From NCBI RefSeq assembly GCF_009914755.1, contig NC_060926.1: a stretch of 64,000 bases of DNA; one strand, given 5' to 3'. Positions 39,201 to 53,538 of the stretch are shown here, in pieces. Position 1 is the first letter of the stretch, and each line of letters starts with the position of its first letter. Source of the DNA: the human T2T-CHM13v2.0 reference genome, Homo sapiens. The translations under genes and the position numbers were made by a program. The notes beneath the pieces were generated by a model that was given only the letters and a program-made list of their open reading frames with translations, searched no databases and was not told the DNA's origin.

Positions 39201-40971
39201 GTGGGGCATGTGTTCCCTGCCGAGTGTGTGAGATGTGAGTGCCTGTTCTGCTGGCTGTGCTTCCTTCCCCTGTCTCGGGGTGCCGGGGACTGAGCCCTGT
39301 GACTCCAATTGACGGCTTCATTTCACAAATTAAACATATCATGCTAGTGAACCGTTTCAGAGCCACAGCATTACAGAATAAGAAAACCACTGCAGCCCTA
39401 AGTCTACAATGCTCATGAAGCAAACAATTCTCTGAAACATTGACCCAGCACCTCAGAGCTCCCCATAACAGGTCTACCTCTTTGGAAAGGTCAGACTTTT
39501 TAAAGGTTAATTGTTACCCTTAAGAAAAATGCAAAACAAACGGTATGGCTGCATATTTAATAGGTGTTTGGAACAGCATTTCCCAGAAGCACAATTCCTG
39601 ATGATTTGATTTTTAAAAAGAATGGTCTAGAAATAAAGTGCCCTTGGCAACTTCTGACTTGAAGAAAGTGAGTATGCCACCTGTGGTTTAAGGAGTATTA
39701 TTATTATACGTCTGAAATGTCCTCTCCCTCCTCCCCTTTCCCCAAAGAAAACAAACCCAGCCAGACAGTAATTTGACCATTGCTATGTCCTGGGTCTTTG
39801 CACAGTGGTGGCTGAACAGCTGAGCATAGAGCGTCCAGGAGATCTCATCCTTGTCTGCCTTCTCTTGCCTACTCTTTCTCCCTCAGCTTTCTCCTCTGCT
39901 CCCAGCATTGACCAGGCACTTGTCTGAAGCCAAGCTCTCCATCAGACTCCCCAACACCTCCCACATAGCTTACCGAAGAGCTCTCCCTGGACACCTTGCT
40001 GGCGCCTCAGTGCAATTTGTCCAAACCAATTTAGCGCCTCTCTTTTCCATGGCTCTGGTTCTGCCCTTAACTTCTTCCCTCTGCTGAGCTCTCCTCTCCT
40101 CCCTGCACTCATCTTGCCCCCAGCTTGGATTCTCCAGTTGTTTTCTCACGACTCATTGTTCTTCTAGCATGCTGTCCACCCTGGTGCTGGGTCCTACTGA
40201 GCTTTTTTCTCCCAATCTGTCTCAGGACTGTCTCTTTTCATTGTGGTGGCCACCACTCTAGACGGAACCTCTCTCCTGGATCACTGCAATAACTTCCCAA
40301 TTGCCTCTATTACAGATCATCCATTTTGCCCACTGACACAAGACATTTTCTGGGAGATCCATTATGATTCTGCAAATTCCTTGATCAAAATTTTTACTGT
40401 TTTCTTACTGTCTATGGTATGAATCTCAGAATTTCAGGGTTCACTGCCTTTCTACCTTAATCCTTTACTACCTTTTCTTTTCAGTAACCTTCATCACCCC
40501 CAAGTGGATGGTCTCCATTTTCCAAGCTGGCAGCTCACCCCCTCTCTCTGTGCCTCTGCTGCTGCGGTCCACACACCTGGAATGCCCTCTGCACCCTGCA
40601 CACGGCATCCCCCCTCCTTCAAGCATCGGTCAGAGGCCCCATCCTCCTACCAGCTCCCTGATCGCTCCAGTCTGGTGCATTCATTGTGTATCATTTCTCG
40701 CAGGCCCCTGGGTACAATAGCTGTTTGTATCCATTGGTTATTAATCTGGGGGGAATGGCGGCAAATTTATCTTATAGTCCCACAGGTAAACTTTCTGAAC
40801 CTCTGGTTTTGTCTGTAGAATTGGTATAGCCATTCCTTCAAAATAGGTGTTTGAAGAATATTCAATATTAAAACTAACTATTTATAAGTATGTAAAGCTC
40901 CTAACAGAGTATCTGACACATAGTAGTAAACACACAATTATTGTCTATAGCAGGTGCAGCCATTTTCAAAC

Positions 40972-41098
40972 GAAGGAAAAGAGGAAGGAAAGAAGGAAGG
41001 CAGAAAAAAGGAAGGAAGAATGGAAAGAATGGGGGGAGGGAGGAAAGGAGGAAGGCAGGAAGGAAGGGTGAGAAGAAGGAAGGAGGGAAGGGTAAGAA
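40972..41098 (+). repeat. Imperfect (GGAA)n purine tract
   Basis: Directly visible. Confidence 0.9.
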
Positions 41099-41189
41099 AG
41101 CTAATTTTCTAGAACTTCCTTAACTGTGCCCCTCCCTGCTGTCAGACCCCCATGGCTTTACCCATACTCTGGGTTTTCATGAACACACG

Positions 41190-41610
41190 GGCATGTGCTC
41201 AACACCTTCTCCTTCCAGCTCCAGATGCTTTCCTGCAGGTCTCTACCTCAGCTGGCCTCTTTGCAGGAAATTAACGGCGTCTCCTACCTTCTGGCTCCCA
41301 GTTGCGCTGGGCCAGTGGGGCATATCGAAAGGAGAGAGAGAGACAGGGCATTTATTCTTGGCTTCTTCCCTGTGTGGTTGCCCAGGCTGGCTGTTCCTGA
41401 CTGAAGGCCTCCTGGCCTGATGGAGCTGTCTTTCCTCTTCCAGTGGCTGCTCTTGCCCCTCTTCAGGTGAAGAACATGCTGGTTTCAGGTTGTGACTCAC
41501 CCCGAGGGGCTTGTGGATTCCTTATTCCCAGCTCACAACGTTGTAGCCCTTTATTAAACACCCCTAACACGTTCCAGATAGTCTTCCTTCCAAGACCCCA
41601 AGGAACACAC
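41190..41610 (+). mobile_element. ERVL LTR (LTR33-like)
   Basis: ccttctggctcccagttgcgctgggccagtgggg and tgtagccctttattaaac motifs. Confidence 0.55.
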
Positions 41611-41629
41611 TCCATACACGCCTTGTGCT

Positions 41630-41900
41630 TCAAATCTCAGAATCACTGTGTCAAGCAAGAGAAGCCACCCAGGAAACATATGTGGGTGAAGTCAAGAACA
41701 GGCAGGACCGACCTACTGTGATGGAAGTCAGAACACTGGAGGTTCAGTTTTGGATTGGAGTTGACTTGAGGAAACTTTCTGAGGTTTGGAAATGCTCTGT
41801 ATCCTGTTGAGGGTGGTGGTTGTGTGAGTATATGCAATGGTCAAAACTCATTGAACCCATACACACGTTTTATGGTATCTAAATGATACCCCAATAAGAA
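41630..41900 (+). mobile_element. Old L1M (ME/MC) 3' fragment
   Basis: aatctcagaatcactg...ggaaatgctctgtatc...gggtggtggttg...gtcaaaactcattgaac. Confidence 0.7.
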
Positions 41901-42735
41901 GTAAATACATAAGATTACAAAGGAAAATAACTGTGTTAAAATAAGATTATTAAGATGTCCAATACAAAGAAGATCCTCGTAGTTCCTCAACACACACAGC
42001 AACACACGCATCAGAATCCTAGGCTCCAGAACCCCAGAGATGCACTGTCTGGATGGACCTCTAACAAAGCAACCCCTGAAGGTGCAGCACCCATCTTGCC
42101 GCCCAGGCAATGCCTCTTCCAAAGGAATGTACAACTCTTAGAAACAGGGACATGGTCCCTGGCACAATCCTAAGCACAGAGTAGGTACCTAAAGCTTGAA
42201 ACCAAAAGTCAGCCCTCACTTAACAAATGGATGAAGAGTCAAATAGATTCTTATTCTGAGCTAGGCAGCAGGTTAGCTACTAGAAGAGCCTAGTCTTCAG
42301 TTTTTAAATTTAATCTCGTAAACTCAGAAGACTCGTTGGCTCTTGGAGGTTTAGATGAATCTGGCTCACCTCTCAACCCCAGGGGTTCAAAGCTTGTGAA
42401 AAATGCTTTGTTTCTCCAGAGATGCCCCTGTCTCTACTCCCTTGGCTGTGACTGTCATCTCACTACTACCTCCATGATAATCTGGGCTCAGATATCTGCC
42501 ATTTGGGTGAGAAAATCTGCTCCAGCCAAGCAATGTGTGCTGAGTGGCTTCATGAAGGACATTAGGGTGTCATGGTGCAGGGTTGCCGCTGACTGTCTGA
42601 TTATCATCAGCCTCCAGTGTGCTCCCTGCATGCCTGCTTGCAGTCCACTGACTCCTTTAACTTAAATCCCAGTGGGTGACCTTCTATACCCTAAGCATTC
42701 ACTTGGGAAATGGAAACTATTCATTCTTCTTCTTC

Positions 42736-43043
<308 letters not shown>

Positions 43044-45600
43044 AAAACTATTCCTTCTACTTTCTCCCAACACAGTGGCCTCTTTCCGACTTTTTTTGAG
43101 TTTTTTTCAGGGATCAACCAAGCTAGGCAATTTTGCCTTTTATACAATCTCCTGAAATTCTAGTGAATAACTTTTTTTTTTTCTCATCTTCCGATATCTT
43201 GTGATGGTCCCAATGCAGATGATCTGTCCAGGGGATGGATGAGGAAAAGACAAGAAATGATGCCCAACTGTGGCCTCCAGACTGACCTCCCCTGACACTG
43301 CTTACTCCATAGGTGATGGGCAGTACGCTCTTATGAGACTTTATTTGAGGATCTGTTTCCATGGTACAGGCTAGGTAGGGGACATATCTTGTCCCTTCTA
43401 TACAGGGCTTCTCAGTCAGGCTGGGCTACTCGTGGTCAGCAGAAGTTTTCAGGCAACTGGGATACAGAAAGAGCTGAGTGAGGGTGTGAAGATGGCGAGG
43501 AGGGCCATGGAAGTTCCAGGCTGAGGCTTTGGCAACTCCTTCCACCCTCAGAGCCAGGGTTTACAGGTTTGCCCATCCATTTCTGACCCTTCTTCCAGGA
43601 GCTAGGATTGGAAAGGAGTACCTGTACTAACTGGCTTTTCTTCATTCTCTGACCTCAGTTTCTGGAATTCTTTTTGGTGCAATTTGCCCCAAGTTGTCCA
43701 TCAAGAGTTGAAGGCAAAATAAATGGAGGGCAGTTCATCTCCCCAAATCTTTGAGGAATATTGTATTTCTTGCCTTTTCTCCACAGTACTTGGGCTCTAA
43801 TGGGTCGCATGTAATAGCTGCCTGTAGGGTCACACATGCACCAGGGGGATGGGTGCAGTGTCTCTTCAGAGCCTCTGGCTTGCTCTGAAGATCCCTTCTG
43901 ACTGGAATGGGAAACCTAACAATTATTTCTCCCTGTTGGGAGTTCAGGCTTCTCCATAAGCTTTGGCTCTGGGGATGTAAGCTGAACCTTCCAGACCTCT
44001 GAGAGGCTTGTCTCCTGGGGACAGCAGATGACCATCACCTTCCATCTGTCTTCCTAAATGAGCAAGAATCAGCAATTCTTGCATGGGCTTAGTTTCTCTA
44101 GGGATGTCTTGCTGGCAGTTGTTTTCTCATCACCTTGCTCCAGTGGGACCTGGTCTTCCAAATTGCAAGCAGGAGGAGTTGGCATGCAGCTTACTGCCAG
44201 AATCTCAGGATGTTTTACACCTCGAGGTCTCTTCTTCTTCCTGGTGCTGTGTACTCAGAAACCTGCCACATAGATCACAACACTGTGCACATTCCTGAAT
44301 GCTTGTGTGCTGTTGGATATTGTTGCCTGGAGACAGGGAGAGTTATGACTTTTTGACCTTGTATAATTTTCAATTCTGGACCATGCAATTTTTCTATTTA
44401 TCACCATTGCTTCTCCACGTCTGAGGTCTGACTCCTTGGGAACATTTCAGCAGCTCAGAATCCTCCTCTTCAATCTGGCTGTGCCTTCTCGCAGATGCCA
44501 TATGTTGGCTCACATCCATGTGGCTGTGGCCAGTGGATCCCAGCTTGCCTGGCAGTTACTCCTTAGGAGGATACCAGGCTCTGGGGAGTCTGCCCCAGCA
44601 GGTGAATCAGGAGAAAGGCCCTTCTCAATGATCAAAGTTTTTTGTTCCTTTTTCAGGATTGTGTGTCACTTAAGAAGCTGCAGTAATCACCCATGGCCAG
44701 GATTTCCTCTGGTTGGTGGGTTGATGAGTTTATTCCTTGTCATGCAATGCCCTGGCTAAGACACCACAGAATGCTTTGTATGTGTTGCTCTCTCTACCTG
44801 CCTGACCTGTGTGTTACTCCACACATTTCCATGTGAACCTCAGGGTTCTGTCAACCCTCTCCCCTGGCCCAAGCAACAACATGGCCTGTGCAGAAACAGT
44901 CATCTTTCTTCCTTGAGCTGTAGGTTCCCTGGTCTCATAGTCAAGATGAGGGTGGACTTAGACCCACTATTAGACTCAAAATACTGCATTTTGCATTGGG
45001 GGCCAGTTTATCTGCTGGTCCAGTGTTCTGGGGCTGCTCAGATGTCACTTGGGGCTGCTTTAGATCCCGAATATTTAGGGAAACATGGCTCAAGCCTTCA
45101 GTCTCATGGACTATATGAGCCCAGAGCTCTCCCCACAATTCCTGTGAATTCTAACCTTGGGTCCTCAGGGTCCCATGTGGACCCCTTTGCCAATGGGATG
45201 CAAATTTCTGCTGGTTCACAGATTTCCTCTAAAAATTTTACTGAAAGCTTATCTTCTGCCACTTCTGTGCTTTTTGTTGGCTTATTTGTTTCGTTTTTTG
45301 TTTTTATTTTTTTAGTAAAAAATAGGCACTATAGGCAGGTCAGCTTTCCATATTTTCCTTTTCCCAATTATGATGAATATAGTTTTATTTATTTAATTAG
45401 CTAAGTATTTTTATGTTGGACTTTGCAGCAGCCTCAAGTATTATTTCAGACTTGGCAGGCAGCATTTCCTGCACAGGTAGGTGTGAATTTATAAGCAAGG
45501 AGGTTGGAGGTTAGTGGTGATTATTTAACACTATTTGGCTTAACAGATGTAATCTAAATATAGATAAATGAGAAAAATGAGAGTTAAAACACCTATTTCC

Positions 45601-46141
45601 GCCATTTGAACCAGCAATCCCGTTACTGGGTATATACCCAAAGGATTATAAATCATTCTACTATAAGACACATACACATATATGTTTATTACAGCAGTGT
45701 TCACAATAGCAAAGACTTGGAACCAACCCAAATGCCCATCAGTGATAGACAAGGTAAAGAAAATGTGGCACATATACACCATGGAACCATAAAAAGGGAT
45801 GAGTTCATGTCCTTTTCAGGGACATTGATGAATCTGGAAACCATCATTCTCAGCAAAGTTAACACAGGAACAGAAAACCAAACACTGCATGTTCTCACTT
45901 ACAAGTGGGAGTTGAACAATGAGAACACGTGGACACAGGGAGGGGAACATTACATACCGGGACCTGTCGGGGGATGAGGGGCTAAGGGAGGGAGAGCATT
46001 AGGAGAAATACCTAATTTAGATGATGGGTTGATGGGTGCAGCAAACCACCATGGCACGTGTATACCTATGTAACAAACCTGCACATTCTGCACATGTATC
46101 CCAGAACTTAAAGTATAATTCAAAATAAAAAAGAAAAACAA
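45601..46141 (+). mobile_element. 5'-truncated L1PA (L1PA7-like): ORF2 C-terminus and 3' UTR
   Basis: Perfect 15-bp TSD aaaacacctatttcc (45586-45600 and 46142-46156), tt/aaaa endonuclease site, A-rich tail. Confidence 0.96.
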
Positions 46142-46497
46142 AAAACACCTATTTCCATATTTATGTATGTTTCCTCAAAAAGTACAATGGCTTTTTTTCC
46201 CTCTACTTCTCAAACTTATTTTTATTAAAACCATTGCATTCTTATTATTAAGTATTTACTCTATGTGTATTTTAAATAAGACTTATAATTGGATTAAATA
46301 AATAGTATGTAGTAAGTTGCAATTGTGACTTTGTTCAAATTTCCAGATATTTTAAATCACCACTTAATGCAATCCTGGCTCTAACATTGAGGCATAAGTA
46401 TATTTCACACACATTTCTTATTCTAGGGGTTAGACTGCTTTCTAGGCAATGTTCTTTCCAAATATTCAGCCTTTCTGAAGACTGGATGTGATTCTTT

Positions 46498-46849
<352 letters not shown>

Positions 46850-46894
46850 TAACCTGAATAAAATAATAATAATGATGATAATGATAATAATTTC

Positions 46895-47030
46895 AGCCAG
46901 GTGTGGTGGCATATGCCTGTATGCCAGATAGTCTGGAGACTGAGGTGAGAAGATCATTTGAGCCCGGGAGTCCAAGTCCAGCCTGGGTAACATAGCCAGA
47001 TTCTGTCTCTAAAAAATATAATAAAATAAA
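46895..47030 (+). mobile_element. Free Alu monomer (FLAM-like)
   Basis: Single arm agccaggtgtggtggc...gatcatttgagcccgggag...ctgtctctaaaaaa. Confidence 0.8.
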
Positions 47031-47429
47031 CACAAATTTTGCTTCTTTGACTCTTTCCATGAGACTTAGAAGAAAATATATGCATAGCTTTCTGTTCCTT
47101 TCCTAGCCAACAGAACACCTCCTTCACAGTTTTGTGATTAAAGAACATGATGTCCACCATATTTTTAAGTGATAATCTGCTCGTGTTTAATGGTCTATTG
47201 CTGCCTTTATCTCTATTTCTCTATAGATGCATTTTTCAAACGTAAGATGTCCATACCATTTTGTCTTGTTTACTCACTTATCCTAAACATATTCCAGTGT
47301 TTCTCCAGAGTCTTCAATAAATGTAATTATTAACACCCATAATCTACCATTCTAGCTGCATTTACAACAATCAAAACTTTTATTTTCCCTTTAACATCTA
47401 TAAATGCATTTGCACAAAAAGCTGCTCTT

Positions 47430-47660
47430 AGCCTGTGGTTTTAGGTGAGCTGCCTGGGTTGGGCTCCTGACTTTGCTTCACACTGGCTCTGACTTTGCAG
47501 AAGTTACTCACCACCCTAGTGTTCTCATCTGTAGAATGCTGGTAATAATAGTGCCTTCTTCATTGGACTGGCTTGGGGATCAAATGTGTAATTACTTTGA
47601 ATGCCTTTGGATCAGGGTCTGGCACAGACTAACCCCTCAATAAATGTCGACTATCACTGT
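47430..47660 (+). mobile_element. MIR SINE
   Basis: ctgcctgggtt...ttctcatctgtagaatg...taataatagtgcc...ctggcacag...ctcaataaatg. Confidence 0.75.
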
Positions 47661-49208
47661 TTTCCCATGCTTACTTTTATTTTTGCAAATGTCTACACTG
47701 GAAATCATCACTAGTTCCCCAGGCTGCCTGTGTATCTGTGTAGGTTGTGCAACACATACTCTTAATTCTTTTCACTCTTCACCGTTTGTGGAGAATCCCC
47801 TGGAAACTCTACTTTCTGATTTAAGTGGGTTTCCAGGTAGAGTAAATTAAAGCATCTTGGTGTGGAGGCCACCTGGCCACCTTGCCTTAATTATAGAAGT
47901 AACAATAGCATTCCCTAAGAAGACAGCTGCTGCTTCTGAAAATTTAGGTGACATGTGCCTTGTGGAACATGCTTTGTGTGACAAGAAGCGATTTAATTTC
48001 TTTGCAGGTAGACACAAACAAAGAGGCAACAAAGAAATTAGAAGGTTGTATAAGAAGCTGCATAGAATCACAATGACTGCGTTGTCCTGAAACCAACCCA
48101 GGTGACTTTCTGAATAAGTTGGTGCTCAATTAATTTACTGTTAACTAGTACTCCTATAGCTAGCTACATTGCTTTCTAGTTCCAATTAGACCATTAGGAA
48201 GTTTGGCAAGTTGAACTTTTCTCTGTGTCTCAAATCTGCCATTCTTCAAATGGAGAGAAAGAATCTGAACTTCACAGGGAGTAAAACACTTTGAAATGTA
48301 AATATAAATGTAGATGCATATATACAATAAACCATAAAATATTATGCAAATATCTTATTAACACTATGCATTTTCTTGGAAAGGAGGTAAAGGCTGAGAT
48401 GATTTTCATTCACATTTTCAGGGTGCTCATCTTTCAATTAAAATTGGGAGTAGCGGTTTTTGTGAATGAAGAAAAGTTTATTCAGATATATATTTAACTC
48501 ACATGATAGAGGGACCCTGTGGAGGTCTCTGTATAATATAATACCATCCTTTCTTTTCAGAGATGTCTTTACTTTTCAAAGACCACCTGGGTGAGCAGGG
48601 GGGAAGACCAGGGTCAGGCTCACAGACCTTCCCCTACTGTGTGCTGCCGAGGCTGTACTTTGAGTAAATTTCATTTTGAATCAGCAAAGACAAAAGGCAT
48701 TGCTTGGTAGAAGCACAGTGGATTTAAAATTAGAAGACCTGCGTTTGCCTTTGCTTCTCCTGGGCAATTCTTAACACATTAAGAATCTTTCCCTAGTGTC
48801 CTGCTCTTCTATCTGCTTGCTGATTTTCTCTGAAGTGCGTTGCATGTCCACATGGTCCAGATCCCTACCCACTTCTCTTCTGACTGTCACTTGGATTCAA
48901 ATATAACTACCTTTTAGTTATAAGTATATATAAAAAAACTATGAACATAGCCTTTCTAGCTAGCTATATTGCTTTCTAGCACTTTTGAATGACAGAATTA
49001 CATTTTTGTTTAATCCCAGAGATTATCATGTCACTAAGTTTTTCTTTACATATTAATTTAAAGCTAAGCTTTAATTGAAAAAGAAATCTGATATTAAAGT
49101 AGAAATTTTCTTGCATGCAATCAGATTCTATCAAAGACTTAAGAAATTATTCATTTTTAAGGAAATAAGGATATGTTTTAAAAATACAAAACTTATATGG
49201 AAACAGTT

Positions 49209-49670
49209 TGTTATAGGCTGAATTGCATCCCTCCAAATTCATATGTGGAATTGCTAACTGCCAGTACCTCAGAATGCGACCTTACTTGGAAATAGGCTCA
49301 TTGCAAATGCAATTAGTTAGGATGAGGTCATACTGGAGTAGGGTGGGGCCCTAATCCAATGTGACTGGTGTTTTTATGAAAGGGGAAATGTGGACATTGA
49401 CACACATACACAGTGCACCACGTCAAGACGAAGGCAGAGATCAGGGTGATATATCTACAAGCCACAGAGCACCAAAGATGGCCAGAAAAACACCAGAAGC
49501 TGGGAGACAAGCATGGAACAGGTTCTGCCTCACAGCACTCAGAAGGAAGAAACCTGCCCACACATTGATCTTGGACTTCCAGCCCCCAGAACTGTGAGAC
49601 AATACATTTCTGTTGCTTAAACCACCCAGTGTGTGGTAGTTTGTCATGGCAGCCCTAGCAAACTAATACA
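49209..49670 (+). mobile_element. MLT1C-like 5' LTR
   Basis: tgttataggctgaattg...ccagtacctcagaatg...gcagccctagcaaactaataca. Confidence 0.92.
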
Positions 49671-50455
49671 GATTTTGGTAACAGAAAGTGGGATGCTTCT
49701 GTAACAAATAGCTAAAAATGTGGAAGTGGCTTTGGAATTTGGTAATGGGTAGAGGTTAGAAGAGTTCTGAGATGCTTGACAGAAGAAGCCTGGATTGCCC
49801 GTAGGAGACTGTTGTAGAAATATGATCGTCAAAGGTGTTTTCAGTGAGGCCTCAGATGGAAATGAGAAACATGTTATATGAAGCTGCAGGAAAGAAAACC
49901 TTTGTTACAAAGTGCAGATAACTTGGCTGAACTGTGTTCTACTTTTTGAAAAGTAGAACTTATAAGGAATGAAATAGGATATTTAGCTGAGGATATTTCT
50001 AAGCAAAGTGTTGAAGGCATGGTCTGGCTTCTTCTTGCTGCTTTTGGTAAAATGCAAAAGGAGAGAGATGAATCAAAGAAGGGACTGCTTATCAGAAAGA
50101 AATCAGCACTTAATGTTTCAGAAGATTCTCAGCGTATCCAGATATAGTGTGCTCTGGAAACAGGGCCAAAGGTGTGGCTGGACAACCACTTGCCAGAGAG
50201 ACTCAGTGTGCCGCTTGTGGATCCAGTCAACCATCTCTGCAGAAATGCTGCCAGCTTGGACTGAAGGGACAGAGATGGGATGAAATGAAGAAAGGCTGTC
50301 AGGATTCTGGGGTTCTACAAGCAGGAAATGGGCTAATAGAGCTACTCAGCTGCAAATATGTGTTATCCTTACAAGAAGGAAGGAATGTCTTCGAAGGCAG
50401 TTCAGGTGCTGGCAAAGCTGCCATCAGGGCCCAGAGGGCAGCATCCTTCACCCAG
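49671..50455 (+). mobile_element. MLT1 internal sequence, truncated
   Basis: gattttggta directly after the LTR, then aaaatgtggaagtggctttggaa and gatatttagctgaggatatttctaagcaaagtgttgaagg. Confidence 0.85.
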
Positions 50456-50459
50456 GTGT

Positions 50460-51740
50460 GGTACATGAGGCGCCTGTCCCTTGCTGCTTGTGGCTTGTTG
50501 AGTCACTGCTGACATGGTCGGTGAGCACCAGGTCTGGACTCTGTTCTCTCTACCTTGATCTCCTAGGTTTTATTCTCAGCTTGGTACCTGGGTTTGTTCT
50601 GGGTGCCCATTTGATTGGCATCCTTGGTGGAATTAGGCCATTCTTTTTTATCCCTCTTTACTCTCTTTTATGTTTCTGTTTTGCATTGTCCTGTCTGAAA
50701 TTGTTGTTTGGCCCAGAAGGAGACTTACAAGGTAGAATGCAGGCATAGATCCTGTAAGCTTGTTGTTTGAGCCAGCCTCACAGACTGGTGAGTGTACAGT
50801 TCTCACTGGGCTGATATCCACCTGGACTAATTTTGCTGTGAGTGACTAATAGAACTGGATGAGGTTCTCCTTCCATCTGAAGTTTTTGTCTAAGTGCTTG
50901 GCTTGGCTCCACAGACAGTGTTCTCGCTGGTTTTTTGTCTGCTGGTGGTGCAGTTTGTCAAGCTTGCATTGGGAGGAGGACAGCCATCATGCTGGGGACT
51001 CAAAACATGAAGTGCTCAAGCCTCACATTTCTACTGACCACTGCCAACACTCGTGGGGTTGTCCAAGTATAAATCCTTGCCTCCTCTAGGAAAAACTCCT
51101 GCTTCTTATACTTACTCCCATTACAATGCTAATTCTTGTGCCTATCTCTAAACGACATAACTTCATCAAGGATGATTTGATTTTCAGTGGCCACTCTGGG
51201 GAAGACTTGACTAGAGCAAAATTGTTCATTTGAGAAGTGCTTTAGAAAAAAAAGGAAATAAGTTTTCTCAGGCCCAATGGGCAGCATTTTTTAATTGGTA
51301 TGCAAGGCCTCCAAATGAAATTCTGATTTAATAATTGCTTCACTAAGAGTCATTGGCTAAAGCTAATGAGCAATTTGACTAAATTAAGCAACAACAAACT
51401 AGACTCATTTGCCTGCTAAATCCTTTTCCATCCTGTCTTTCAGTTGCTTCCCTCTACAAAACTCTCCTTCATTCCCCTTATCTTTTTGATGTCTCTCCTT
51501 ACTCACCCCTATCAACTCCTCCCTTATTATACCCCTGTTCAGACTCCCTCCCTTTCGCCTAAGACCCAAACTTCCACCTCTCCCATGAGCCAGGTATGCA
51601 GGTAACTATAGAATTTAAGCCTTGGACCTGAGCTGAATTAAGGATTTCTCTAAATACAAATTAGACCAGCAACTACTGGTAGAAGAAATCAGAATTATAT
51701 TGAGCGCCTATAAGCTGCATTGCCCACCCTATATTAACCT
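50460..51740 (+). mobile_element. Decayed ERV1-class provirus: leader and 5' gag
   Basis: tggccactctgggga (WPLWG, matrix-like), a proline-rich pyrimidine stretch, and tttaagccttggacc (FKPWT, capsid start-like). Confidence 0.6.
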
Positions 51741-52119
51741 CTTTTTTTATTGCTGTCCTAAATTCTTTAATTTGAAAAAGGAAGAAATGAGCATGAGTCA
51801 TTTAAAAGAAGAATTCAAAAGCCAGACTGGTAGAAATGGGGTAAGTTGTGCTGCTGGTTAAAATTCTCAACCAGGGCTTGGAGAAGCACAATGGCCAGCA
51901 GCTCTTAGGTTAGTGACTTGGTTAGTCAATATCCAGGATTGCAGAAAATGTTTAATTGGCAGGCTGGGCACTTTTGGAGGCACCAAGGAATACCTCTACT
52001 CAGCCTATTGCTCCTTAGGATAAAGCAAGATAGATGATATCTTCTAAGGCTTCCATGGGTTTAGACTGACACTCGTCCTCATGACTCCAGCAAGCTTTGG
52101 ATTCTGACAGTGGAACTGT

Positions 52120-52310
52120 AAGTGCTAATGTGGGAATCCATGGAGAGGTTTGGGGGAATTTGGGGGTGGAGACAGAGTAAGCCATGAGAAATTGTACATA
52201 AAATTATATGTGTATGTGTGCCTATGCATATTTTCCTGAGGATAGAGTCACTAGAGTTTATCAGATTATCAAACGGTCCTGAGTCCCAAAAAAAGGCCAA
52301 GAACTACTTC
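52120..52310. mobile_element. MER103-like hAT DNA transposon
   Basis: gcatattttcctgaggatagagtc...tttatcagattatcaaacggtcc...cccaaaaaaaggccaagaactac. Confidence 0.6.
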
Positions 52311-52458
52311 AGTTTAGGTTATGGCTGAGGCTTTGGGGTCTCTATAAGTTTTCTAGTCTGAGTCCTTGAAGGTTCAGATTCTTCCCCAGTGGGTGCTCCC
52401 TCCCAGAGCACGAGTCACATCAGAGAGGTACTTTGTAGGACCATGTGCTGTCTGAGCT

Positions 52459-53538
52459 GCCCTATCCGCAGCCTCCTCAAACAACAATTATCAGACAAGA
52501 ATTTTGTATCCAGCAAAACTAAGCTTCATATATGAAGGAAAGATACAGTCTTTTTCAGACAAACAAATGCTGAGAGAATTTGCCACTACCAAGCCACCAC
52601 TACAAGAACTGCTAAAAGGTGCTCTAAATCTTGAAACGAATCCTAGAAACACATCAAAACAGAACATATTTAAAGCATAAACCTCACAGGACCTATAAAA
52701 CAAAAATACAATTTAAAAAAGAAAAACAAAAAACAAAAAACCAAGGTATACAGGCAACAAATAGCATGATGAATAGAATGGTATCTCACATCTCAATACT
52801 AACATTGAATGTAAATGGCCTAAATGCCCCACTTAAAATATACAGAATTGAAGAATGGATAAGAATTCACAGAACAACTATCTGCTGCCTTCAAGAGACT
52901 CATCTAATACATAAGGACTTACATAAACTTAAGGTAAAAGGGTGAAAAAAGACATTTTATGCAAATGGACACCAAAAGCAAGCAAGGGTAGCTGTTATAT
53001 CAGACAAAACGAACTTTAAAGCAATAGCAGTTAAAAAAGACAAAGAGGGACATTATATAATGATAAAAAGCCTTGTCCAACAGGAAAATATCACAAACCT
53101 AAACATATATGTACCTAACACTGGAGCTCCCAAATTTATAAAACAATTACTACTAGACCTAAGAAATGAGATAGACAGCAACACAATAATAGTGGGGGAC
53201 TTCAATACTCCACTGACACCACTAGACAGGTCATCAAGAGAGAAAGTCAACAAAGAAATAATGGACTTAAACTATACCCTGGAACAAATGGACTTACCAG
53301 ATATATGAAGAACATTCCATCCAACAAGCACAGAATACACTTTTTATTCAACAGCACGTGGAACTTTCTCCAAGATAGACCATATGATAGGCCACAAAAT
53401 AAGCCTCAATAAATTTAAGAAAATTGAAATTATATCAAGCCATCTCTCAGACCACAGTGGAATGAAACTGGAAATAAACTCCAGAAGAGACCTTCAAAAC
53501 CACGCAAATACATGGCAATTAAATAACCTGCTCCTTAA
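52459..53538 (+). mobile_element. Internal L1 fragment (L1MA/PB age): ORF1 C-terminus and ORF2 endonuclease, decayed
   Basis: ORFs at 52631 and 53060 give SHISILTLNVNGLNAP...ICCLQETHL and NIYVPNTGAPKFIKQ...IVGDFNTPL, the L1 APE endonuclease motifs, broken by stops. Confidence 0.95.

Noticed and set aside
44811-45404. 197-aa ORF, the longest in the window
   Set aside because: GTG start, no recognisable domain, and it ends in a T-rich low-complexity tract. Consistent with chance.
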